Source: an uncultured delta proteobacterium (GTDB lineage: Bacteria > Desulfobacterota > RBG-13-43-22). Taken from it: a stretch of DNA of 64,000 nucleotides. Every line of letters starts with the position of its first letter. Positions within the stretch are counted from its first letter, which is position 1. Under the pieces are notes generated by a model that did not search any database, was not told the origin of the DNA, and worked only from the letters and a program-made list of their open reading frames with translations. Made by a program: the position numbers and the translations under genes. Shown in pieces: positions 12,707-21,570 of this stretch. The stretch lies in NCBI GenBank assembly GCA_963790475.1, contig CAWBOS010000012.1:1152001-1216000 (forward strand). The letters run 5' to 3'.

Positions 12707-13201
12707 ATGCCTGAAAAAGAAAGAGATTATCGAAACAGGGAAATAACCTGGAGCGAGATCGATAAACGGAAAGACCGGAGCAGTCATGTTTCCGATGATC
12801 CGAAGCCTTTCGGGAAGAACAAAGAAAAGGCCGACTGGCTTCGCAAAATGGCCCTCAAAGAGGCCAATAAGCATTTTCAGGGGAAGCAAGGAACTCCGGC
12901 CCATGAAAAGGCCGTCGGCCTCTTACAAGAAAATTTCGGGACCCGAAAATTTCAGACCCTGGCCAAACAATATCTGGATGAATACGACCAGCCCAAGCAT
13001 TGGGGGACCCAGTTTCTCTTTCTGGATTATGACGACCCAGAGGTGGTTATCGATTTGTTGAACCAAATGGCCGCTGATTATCCGGAACGGTCCTTGCGGG
13101 AACAACAGGCCTTTGTAAGCAAGCTCCGCACCCTTAAAACTCTGGCCGAGGACGGAGAAGTGCGGGATCGGGCCGAAGAGGTTTTGGATTCCCTTTCCTG
13201 A
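12707..13201 (+). CDS. Conserved hypothetical protein
   Basis: 164 aa, AGGAG RBS, charged helical sequence (TWSEIDKRKDRS). Confidence 0.75.
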   Translation: MPEKERDYRNREITWSEIDKRKDRSSHVSDDPKPFGKNKEKADWLRKMALKEANKHFQGKQGTPAHEKAVGLLQENFGTRKFQTLAKQYLDEYDQPKHWGTQFLFLDYDDPEVVIDLLNQMAADYPERSLREQQAFVSKLRTLKTLAEDGEVRDRAEEVLDSLS

Positions 13202-13423
13202 AATTTAAGATAAAGAGAGAACTCATTCGGCGCCTGCAATCGGCAGGAGCGTTCGATATTCGGCGACAACAAATTACTTTCAGGCGATTATTCCAGGAGC
13301 TCTTCCATCACCGACACGGGTTCCCCCAATATTATTTTTAGCGCTTCCACTTGCTTTTGAAATTCCGCCTCTGTAAAAAAAATAAAGCCCTCTCCGGACA
13401 AAAGAAGAATTCTTGATTTTCCA

Positions 13424-14204
13424 ATGGTGGTTTTTGACATGATCATGAATGGCCTTCCTCAGATTCCCTTCCTGGAATTAGTCAAATCTTCGGCTTCCCT
13501 GCGATGTGAACTTAAAATGGTTTACGACCGTCTTCCCGCCACCAGGTGTCTGCGCCAGGTTCGGTGTTGCCTGCTGTTGCCGGAGATGACTTTTCTGGAG
13601 ACTCTGCCGGCGATCAGTGCCATGAGGTCCTGGCCTCCACTGGACCGCATCAATATTATGAGGAAAATGGTCCGGTATTTTTTGGGCAATGCTACGGAAA
13701 TTCATTCCTGCCCTTTTTTGCAAGGCAGTGATTGCCTGATCTACCCGGACCGGTTTTTCGGCTGCCGGGCCTACGGACTTTGGTCCAAGGATTATTATCA
13801 GGAGCTGGTGAAGGAAAACCGGCAGGGAAAGCTGTTTTTGCGGCAACAGTGGGAGAACTTGGGGATACCCTTGCCCGATGGAAGTCCTTTCTTTCGAGGT
13901 CCCTTATTGTTCCCAAGTGGAAACGGTTCCGCCGCTGGCGATCACCGATGGGGAGCTTTCCGCCGCCTCGGACAAGATCGAAAGACTGTCGCAAGATCTG
14001 GAACCCTGGGATCGGGAATTCAGGGAAAACTATTCTTCCGACTTGAGCTTTTTCCTGACCAGCCTGCAATTCGGGTCTCAAGAAGCCGTTCGCCTGAAAT
14101 TTTTTATCACCAGAGATACTATCCAAAAAGGGGATCGAAATCTCTTGGATCAAACCCTCAGACGAGTGGCCGATCCACTTATCGAAGAATCGCAAAACCC
14201 TTGA
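13424..14204 (+). CDS. YkgJ-like Cys-cluster (Zn/Fe chelating) protein, frameshift near 13880
   Basis: CxxxxxCC, CPFL, CLIYPDRFFGCRAYG; continues in ORF 13878..14204. Confidence 0.7.
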
Positions 14205-14342
14205 CCGGGTCCTTCAAGATAGAATAGGAAATAGTGAGTGCATCTTTTACGGCACCTGCATCGATGGCTGTCCGTCCGGGGTCATCAAGTATGCTTTCCA
14301 TAAAAAGAGCTAACATTGTATAATATGCTATTGGAGGAAAGT

Positions 14343-14784
14343 ATGAAGCCTGATTTATGGTCCTTATATGCCCTTATGCACAAAAGCCGATTGTTTGAGG
14401 AGGCTGTCACCCAACTGTGGAAAGACGGGCTGATTTCCGGTGAGATGCACCTGGGGACAGGTGAAGAGGCCATTGTGGCCGGGGTCATCTCCCAGTTAAA
14501 GGCGGAGGATGCTATGGCCTTGGACCACCGGGGCACCCCGCCCTTGCTGATTCATGAGTTTCAGGGGGGCATCACTGGGGGAACGGTTGGCAGGGCTCAA
14601 AGTTGTATTATCGTCGGTTATGACCACCCTAAGGGACCCGCGCCGGGATAGCGGTAACGATCCGGTTTTACGAACCCGAACCGTCTTGATGTCGGACCAG
14701 GAACGCCTGATGAAACTGGAAGCGGCCATAGAGCAAGAGGTCAGCAATGCCCTGTCCTCTGCCCTTGAGGAGTGTGTAGTATGA
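14343..14784 (+). pseudogene. 2-oxoacid/acetoin dehydrogenase E1 alpha with large internal deletion
   Basis: N-terminal SRLFEE..GEMHLGTGEEAI..DHRG then out-of-frame C-terminal DPV..EQEVSNAL; central TPP-binding GDG motif absent. Confidence 0.8.
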
Positions 14785-15794
14785 AAACCATGTATTTCAC
14801 GGAAGCCGTTGACGACGCAATCGCCCAGGCCATGATCCAAGATCCCCGCATTATTCTCTTGGGTGAGGATGTCCCCCTGCTTCGTCGGAATCTGCTGGCA
14901 CGTTTTGGCCCCCAACGGGTGCGGGGCACACCGATCAGTGAAAGCGCTTTTCTGGGGGCCGGCGTGGCCGCTGCCATGGCCGGTTTACGGCCGGTGGTCG
15001 AACTGTATATGGTGGATTTTATCGGCGTCACGGCTGATGCCCTGCTTAATCATGCTGCCAAACTGGAAAGTTTTTCAGGGGGAAAATGGACCGCCCCTAT
15101 CGTTGTCCGGGCACCCTGCGGAGGCGGATATGGAGACGGGGGACAGCATGAACAATCATTATGGGGCTGGTTGGCCCACATTCCCGGACTGACCGTGGTT
15201 GTTCCCTCAACGCCGGCCGATGCCGGTGGGTTGATGTCAGCGGCTTTGAAATACGACGGGCCGGTTATTTTTCTCGAACATAAGTTGCTTTCAGAATCCT
15301 GGTTGGAATTTTTGGGATCCGGGGGACGCAAAACCGTCCAATACCCTACCCCCGCCGAAGGGAACCATGGCCTTGTACCTCAAAGCTGGGAGCCGGTTCC
15401 CATCGGCCAAGCCCTGCTTCGACGTGAGGGCAACGATGTGACCCTGGTCAGTGTGGGCGTAGGCGTACACCGCGTCCTTGAAGCCTCGGACATTCTGGGA
15501 AAGGAAGGTATTTCCGTCGGGGTTCTGGATCTGAGAACCGTCTCCCCGCTCGACAAGGCGACCCTCTGTGAAGAGGTCTCTCGGACGGACCGCTTACTGG
15601 TTGTGGATGAAGACTACGAAGGTTTCGGACTTTCAGGTGAATTGGCGGCCATTGTATCAGAGGCCGGTATTCCGGTTAAATATGCTCGAGTCTGCACCCG
15701 GACCTCTATTCCTTATTCTCGCTGCCTGGAAGACCAGACTTTGCCGAATGTCGAACGTATCTGCGCCAGTATCAAACTACTTGTTCAAAAATAA
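14781..15794 (+). CDS. 2-oxoacid/acetoin dehydrogenase E1 beta subunit
   Basis: LLGEDV, TPISESAFLG, GLRPVVE, GGQHEQS, DLRTVSPLD. Confidence 0.9.
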   Translation: MKTMYFTEAVDDAIAQAMIQDPRIILLGEDVPLLRRNLLARFGPQRVRGTPISESAFLGAGVAAAMAGLRPVVELYMVDFIGVTADALLNHAAKLESFSGGKWTAPIVVRAPCGGGYGDGGQHEQSLWGWLAHIPGLTVVVPSTPADAGGLMSAALKYDGPVIFLEHKLLSESWLEFLGSGGRKTVQYPTPAEGNHGLVPQSWEPVPIGQALLRREGNDVTLVSVGVGVHRVLEASDILGKEGISVGVLDLRTVSPLDKATLCEEVSRTDRLLVVDEDYEGFGLSGELAAIVSEAGIPVKYARVCTRTSIPYSRCLEDQTLPNVERICASIKLLVQK

Positions 15795-15861
15795 CTAATT
15801 TAGTATTTTTTTCAATCAGGATAGGCCTTGGAAAACCAATCCCTATTGAAAGGAACGGGCC

Positions 15862-16521
15862 ATGTATATCGGTCATTTTGCCCTGGGTTTTGCGGCCAAG
15901 AAGGTGGCACCCCAACCGTCATTGGGGACCCTGTTTCTGGCCACGCAGTTCCTCGATCTGCTCTGGCCGCTATTACTTTTACTGGGCTGGGAACAAGTGT
16001 TGGTCGAGCCCGGGAATACGGTGGTTACCCCTCTTAATTTCACCCATTATCCCATCTCCCATAGTTTCCTTTTGGCGTTTATCTGGGGAGTACTGATCGG
16101 GGGGATCTATTGGGTCGTAAAAAAAGACCTGAAAACAGGCTTATGGCTTGGATTACTGGTCATCAGCCACTGGGTTCTGGATTTATTAACCCACCGCCCG
16201 GATCTGCCTTTGCTGCCCGGCCTGGATATCAAAGTGGGCCTTGGCCTGTGGAATTCCCTGCTTGGGACCCTACTGGTGGAAGGGGGATTGTTTGTTGTCG
16301 GGGTTTATCTTTATGCCACCTCAACTCAAGCCAAAAATAAGACCGGCCGATGGGCCCTTTGGGGATTGGTGGCCTTTTTTATCATTACCTATCTCGGCAA
16401 TCTGTTCGGCCCCCCGCCGCCGGCGGTGGAACTGATTGTCTATATTGGTCTCCTGCAGTGGCTGCTGATCGCCTGGGCCTACTGGATCGACCGCAACCGC
16501 ATGGTTATTTATCTTCCTTGA
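15862..16521 (+). CDS. Membrane-bound metal-dependent hydrolase (YdjM-like)
   Basis: MYIGHF, DLLWP, YPISHS, SHWVLDLLTHRPDLP; multiple TM segments. Confidence 0.8.
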   Translation: MYIGHFALGFAAKKVAPQPSLGTLFLATQFLDLLWPLLLLLGWEQVLVEPGNTVVTPLNFTHYPISHSFLLAFIWGVLIGGIYWVVKKDLKTGLWLGLLVISHWVLDLLTHRPDLPLLPGLDIKVGLGLWNSLLGTLLVEGGLFVVGVYLYATSTQAKNKTGRWALWGLVAFFIITYLGNLFGPPPPAVELIVYIGLLQWLLIAWAYWIDRNRMVIYLP

Positions 16522-16758
16522 TTTAAAATCAGGGTGCGCGTCCAGATGGCCGGTTGGAGTGATGGGTGAACAGATATTTCTTCTTTCTCCCACCTCCGAA
16601 CATCGCCTTGGGAACCTTGGAGCAGTTCTAACACGTCCATCCACTGCAAGAAAAAATTGCTCTTTTTCACCATCAAAAAGCAAATTCTTGCAAACATTCT
16701 CACTCTCCTTCGGGGATAGACGCGTCCTATATGCGGCAGCATGAAGGACGGAACCCTG

Positions 16759-17106
16759 TCAATAGATTGAACGAATTCTCCCTGTTCTTTTATCTACGAT
16801 CGTCTTATCCATGAGGTTTCCATCGGCGTCCCGGATTTCTGCCTCGAAGTACCACTCCTTTTCCTCTATCTTACCAACGGTCATCTTATGTGGGCAGCCT
16901 GAGAAATACCGTTGCAGGACTTGTTTAGCCTCGTCAACGGTCCTGACGGGCTTACGCACTCCGTAAGGGCCACCCCAGCGAGGGCCTGGACAGAATTGTC
17001 CGTACGGCATTCCCTCATACCATCCGCGACCCCTTGGTTGCGCGAAAGAGACCACCGGCAGCATCAGCAGCTCTACGATAACAAGGAGAAATGTCAGAAT
17101 CCTCAT
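16759..17106 (-). CDS. Exported small protein (PepSY-like C-terminus)
   Basis: Signal peptide, Gly-rich segment, YFEAEI..VDKRTGRIRSIY. Confidence 0.65.
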   Translation of the reverse strand: MRILTFLLVIVELLMLPVVSFAQPRGRGWYEGMPYGQFCPGPRWGGPYGVRKPVRTVDEAKQVLQRYFSGCPHKMTVGKIEEKEWYFEAEIRDADGNLMDKTIVDKRTGRIRSIY

Positions 17107-17168
17107 TCTCTTACCTCATGCAGGCGGGGCGGGCGATCCCCCGTCCAGCCTGCAACTTGTTCTCCTGT

Positions 17169-17624
17169 CTAGTTCCACATGCCCCTCGGGCCATACCCGT
17201 AACCGGCGTTACCCTGCCAGCCGCAACCCATTCCACAGCCGCGACCAAAGCCGGTATTAGGACCCATGCCCCGACCGTGACCAAAGCCTGCTCCACGACC
17301 CATGGCCGAACCAGGACCCCACGCGGGCAATCCGTTTTTCTCAGCAGCAACCTGAATCTTCGTCCGGAGATCGATCATTTCCTTCTGGAGGGTCGCTATT
17401 CGCTCGAAATTCGGTTTAGCCTGTGAGTACTCGTTCCTGATCTCAAGTCTCTTGGCCATCATTTCATCCCTCAGAGGAAGCGTCTCCTTCTGGAACTTTC
17501 TCAGGGCGTTCACGTCCGTTTGGGCCGCTGCCGAGCGGGGCCCATAAGCCTGAGCCCACCCATAAATTGAAGCAAAGAGAACCGCAATCAACACTGCCAT
17601 TGCCACTACTGATACCCTTTTCAT
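17169..17624 (-). CDS. Spy/CpxP/ZraP-like periplasmic protein
   Basis: Signal peptide, KFQKETLPLRDEMMAKRLE helical core, Gly/Met-rich tail. Confidence 0.75.
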   Translation of the reverse strand: MKRVSVVAMAVLIAVLFASIYGWAQAYGPRSAAAQTDVNALRKFQKETLPLRDEMMAKRLEIRNEYSQAKPNFERIATLQKEMIDLRTKIQVAAEKNGLPAWGPGSAMGRGAGFGHGRGMGPNTGFGRGCGMGCGWQGNAGYGYGPRGMWN

Positions 17625-17692
17625 CTTTTCTGCCTCCTTGGCGTATATTTTCTATCAGTATAGGCGGCAGATGTGAAAGAGCGGCGAAGAGA

Positions 17693-19060
17693 TTATGAAG
17701 AATTGTGAAGAGGTGCCCCCGGGAGAAATGCTGTAAAAGAAGAGCCCGCCCCGTAGACGCTTTTCACTTCAATTCTCCCGCCCTGGGCCTCTAAAAGCTC
17801 TTTTACAATCGTCAATCCAATCCCGAGACCACCTCCGGGGCCCCGGTAGAATCTTTCGAAGAGGTAAGGAAGATCCTCCTCCTTAATCCCCGAACCATTA
17901 TCCTCGATGGTAATTGCCGTCTCACCCTCGACCGGCACCACCATTATGGACACGTGTCCGCCTGTTCCGGTTGCCTTCAATGCGTTGCTCAACAGATTAA
18001 CCACAATCTGGCTCAGGCGCTCCGGATCCACAAAAACCGTGACCTCCTTATCACACCTAACCTCCAGGGTCACTGCCTTTTCGAGAAAGGAGGCTCGGAA
18101 ACGGTCTACAATGTTCTCGAGAAAAGGTTTGACGTTGAACTGCTGCGGGTTCAGAGAAAGGACACCCGCCTCATTTTCATTGAGTTCTTCGATCCCGTCG
18201 ACTATCTTCTTGAGACGGCCTGTTTCCTCGTAGAGGGATTGCACCCTCTCTGGGCCATGCGGCAACATCCCATCCATCACAGCCTCAAGCTCCCCACGCA
18301 TGACACCGAGTGGGGTCCTCAGTTCATGGGCCACGTCTGCGATCAGCTTTTTTCGCAGGGATTCATGGGTGCGGAGAGACTTGACCATACGGTTAAACGC
18401 TACGGCCAGCTTACCGACCTCGTCTTGTCTTGAAACCCCTACCTGACTCCTGAGATCCCCCCTGCTGATTGCTAACGCCGCACGTGCCAGTTCTTTGATC
18501 GGCTTGGCAAGGCGCCGCGAAAAGAGAAAGCTCAGCACAAAGGCCACAGTACCCACCAGCACCATGGACATAATCAGAAGACGATCCGATCTCTGAACGA
18601 ATACCTTTTCCTTCGCCCCCTGAAGCTTTCTTACTTCAAGCGTGCCGATGGGCCGGCCTCCGAGGAACATGGGATAAGGGACAAATTCACCTCCACCCGG
18701 TTCCGTCCGGAACTGGGAAAAGGCCTTTAATCTCCTCTCGAAAAGCGGAGAAATGCCCTGGATGGCCCTGTTAGTGTCTGTAACCAGTTGTCCGTTTCCG
18801 TCGATGAGCCTGATCTCAAAACCCTCCGTTAAGGCCCATATGACCTCCCGACTCTGGCTCTCCTCCCGCCAGCCGGATTGGCGCTCATAGGACGCCTCGA
18901 GGCCCGCTAGGATCCCGTAGACCCTGTCTTCGGTCTCACCCTCCAGGTATTCGCGAAAGTCCACGACCATCAGCTGCCTCAATACTACGGCGGCCGACAG
19001 CGCCACCGCACCAACGATCATAAGGAGAAGCAGTGATTTGAACCAGAGACTCCTAAGCAT
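17693..19060 (-). CDS. HAMP sensor histidine kinase (BaeS-like)
   Basis: Two TMs, HAMP, ADVAHELRTPL, NLLSNALK, DNGSG, GLGIGL. Confidence 0.92.
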   Translation of the reverse strand: MLRSLWFKSLLLLMIVGAVALSAAVVLRQLMVVDFREYLEGETEDRVYGILAGLEASYERQSGWREESQSREVIWALTEGFEIRLIDGNGQLVTDTNRAIQGISPLFERRLKAFSQFRTEPGGGEFVPYPMFLGGRPIGTLEVRKLQGAKEKVFVQRSDRLLIMSMVLVGTVAFVLSFLFSRRLAKPIKELARAALAISRGDLRSQVGVSRQDEVGKLAVAFNRMVKSLRTHESLRKKLIADVAHELRTPLGVMRGELEAVMDGMLPHGPERVQSLYEETGRLKKIVDGIEELNENEAGVLSLNPQQFNVKPFLENIVDRFRASFLEKAVTLEVRCDKEVTVFVDPERLSQIVVNLLSNALKATGTGGHVSIMVVPVEGETAITIEDNGSGIKEEDLPYLFERFYRGPGGGLGIGLTIVKELLEAQGGRIEVKSVYGAGSSFTAFLPGAPLHNSS

Positions 19061-19757
19061 CTTTATTAGCCGAGAACCGGTATCCTACGCCGTAAATCGT
19101 TTGAATGAGAGACGGTTGCTGAGGGTCATCTTCTATCTTGCGGCGGATGTTTTTGACATGAGCGTCGACGCTCCTCTCGTAGCCCTCGAACTGATAGCCA
19201 AGTGCCTTTTCCACGAGTTCGCTCCGGCTAAAGACCTTGAAGGGAGTACTGGCGAGGGTGAAGATCACTTTGAATTCGGTTGGGGTCAATTCGACGGTCT
19301 TACCATCCTTCGACGCACGGTACATGCGGCCGTCGAGAAGGAGACGCCCCCCATTGAAACTTATTGGTGCGGTACCGGCCAAGTCCTTCTTCTCGGAGCG
19401 TTTCAGTATGGCCTTCACCCGCGAAACCAGTTCCCTGGGGCTGAAGGGCTTCACCACGTAATCATCTGCGCCAAGGGCAAAACCGGCGACCCGCTCGTCC
19501 TCCGACGACTTGGCGGTCAGCATAATCACAGGTAGATTGTCATCCATCTCCTTCAACTGGAGGCAGATTTCCTCTCCACTTATGTCTGGGAGCATGAGGT
19601 CGAGGATGACCAGAAGAACCTTCTCCTTGGCGGCTGCCTCCAGGGCATCCTTCCCGCGATCGAAAAGGGAGACCCTGAACCCTGCGCCCTCCAGGTAGAC
19701 CTTCACGATCCGAGCTATTTTGGCGTCATCTTCTATGACAAGGATGGGATAGACCAT
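19053..19757 (-). CDS. OmpR-family response regulator
   Basis: ILVIEDD, LDLMLP, GADDYVVKPF, winged helix RSVDAHVKNIRRKIE..GVGYRF. Confidence 0.95.
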   Translation of the reverse strand: MVYPILVIEDDAKIARIVKVYLEGAGFRVSLFDRGKDALEAAAKEKVLLVILDLMLPDISGEEICLQLKEMDDNLPVIMLTAKSSEDERVAGFALGADDYVVKPFSPRELVSRVKAILKRSEKKDLAGTAPISFNGGRLLLDGRMYRASKDGKTVELTPTEFKVIFTLASTPFKVFSRSELVEKALGYQFEGYERSVDAHVKNIRRKIEDDPQQPSLIQTIYGVGYRFSANKDA

Positions 19758-19879
19758 CTAGGCAACTTTACCCCAGAATCTTTACGGACTCAAGTTTATT
19801 GGTTTTTTCGTCATATTTTACCATCTGGTATCGGCAATATAAAGCGATTTCTCATTTGTATACACCAGCCGGATCCCTG

Positions 19880-20297
19880 TCTCAGTAGGAAGAAGTTCAT
19901 AGGTTCCTGTTCAGATGGGAATCGGGCCGCCAGCTCCGCAAAAAGGACCTCGCAAGGTAGTAGCTTCCTCTTAGAATAAATGCCGACACAGAAGTCTCTT
20001 GGAAGACTCGCTGAAAAGTTCATCCGGAATAAGGATATCAAGGATAATATTAGTGTCAACGGCTGTTATCATGGCCTCTGATCCCTCTGACCAGGTCATC
20101 GCATCTTTGCCTTTTAAAATGCTTCAGTTTGCCCAGCGGCTGAACGGAGATTTGGTTGTAGCTTTTCGGATAAGAATCAAATCTCCTTTTTCTTTAAAGC
20201 CCACATCTTCTTCCGGGTGAATCCCCAGTTATTCCCTTACCTTTTTGGGAATAGTCACCTTCCCCTTAGACGTTATTTTTGCACAATCAATTTTCAT
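19880..20297 (-). pseudogene. Decayed AbrB/MazE antitoxin + PIN (VapC) toxin pair
   Basis: From 20297: MKIDCAKITSKGKVTIPKKVRE*LGIHP; from 20072: MITAVDTNIILDIL..RHLF*, CEVLFAEL in another frame. Confidence 0.8.
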
Positions 20298-20833
20298 CCC
20301 TAAATAAGAAATTGCCTTTAAATTGTCAAGTTTTAATTCGACAATAATTATAAATGGATTCCCTTAAGAGAGGACATCCTATATTTGTTCTGTCAAGAGA
20401 AAAAATAGCATTCAAAGGAAAACAATGATTTTGATGAGGTAGAAATTTCTCCTTTTTTTGAAGGCACCTCTATTATTTCGTCTGACAGGTAGACGTGATT
20501 CATCTGTTTCCCAAGTATTACCAAGTGCGAACTTTGAACCTTCGGAGTTATTCGTGTCCGATAGGCGGTACTGCCACTATCCCATAAACCTTTATTCTGA
20601 TTTTAAAGCTTAATGAGCGGCCATTCAGTATCGTCCGGATTTGAAAATTTTTCTTTCAATTAGGTTACGTCTCGGATTATACTTTTCCCTAATGATCAGA
20701 TTAATTAAGTGAAAAAAAACGAAGGGCTGTTTTAAGGTAACTTCTCTTCCAAGTTTTGTTGGTATGCTTGCTGCCTGCTGCGGAGGGCTGTTTTTGTGGA
20801 GGGGAATTTTATTGGGACAAAGGTGAGGCCTGA

Positions 20834-21418
20834 ATGGGCAAAAGTAGATTAGAAGCCTTTAGCGACGGCGTGATCGCCATCATCATCACCATCATGGTGT
20901 TGGAGTTAAAGGTGCCCCGGGGCGAGGGTATCGATGCCCTGACACCATTGATTCCCGTTTTCTTGAGCTATGTGTTGAGCTTCGTCTATGTCGGTATTTA
21001 CTGGAACAATCACCACCATATGCTGCATACGAGCCGCAAGGTAACCGGACCGATGCTGTGGGCCAACCTGCATCTGTTATTCTGGCTATCGCTGTTTCCC
21101 TTTGCCACGGGTTGGATGGGAGAAAATCACTTCGCTGCCGCGCCATCGGCCTTTTATGGAATCGTTCTGCTGATGGCCGCTGTCGCCTACTACATATTGC
21201 AGCAGCTCATCATCGCCTCCCAAGGCCCGGACTCTCTCTTAAGGAAGGCTATCGGCGGTGATTGGAAGGGAAAGATGTCGCCCCTCATTTACCTCATTGC
21301 CATTCCGACGGCGTTTTGGTCGCACTGGATCTCCCAAGTTTTATACGTACTGGTTGCCTTGGTTTGGCTCGTGCCGGATCGACGCATCGAAAACGCTCTT
21401 GCCGGCAAAGATACCTAA
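20834..21418 (+). CDS. TMEM175 family potassium channel (DUF1211)
   Basis: RLEAFSDGVIAIIITIMVLE, YWNNHHH, LFPFATGWMGE. Confidence 0.92.
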   Translation: MGKSRLEAFSDGVIAIIITIMVLELKVPRGEGIDALTPLIPVFLSYVLSFVYVGIYWNNHHHMLHTSRKVTGPMLWANLHLLFWLSLFPFATGWMGENHFAAAPSAFYGIVLLMAAVAYYILQQLIIASQGPDSLLRKAIGGDWKGKMSPLIYLIAIPTAFWSHWISQVLYVLVALVWLVPDRRIENALAGKDT

Positions 21419-21570
21419 CCCATATTATGGCGGGCTTTCAACTGCAAGGCCGGCAGCGGAGAACTGAAAAGGGGTTTCTTGAAATCTAGGGATTCCATAA
21501 TTTTAAGTTACCGTAATAGGAGAGTTCCACAAGTCAATCAGCCTCTTGCCTATCCCTCACCCTTTCTCCA

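Noticed and set aside
13270-13420. Possible gene remnant on the minus strand (also at 16520-16745 and 24470-24640)
   Set aside because: Coding-like fragments but no motif I can assign.
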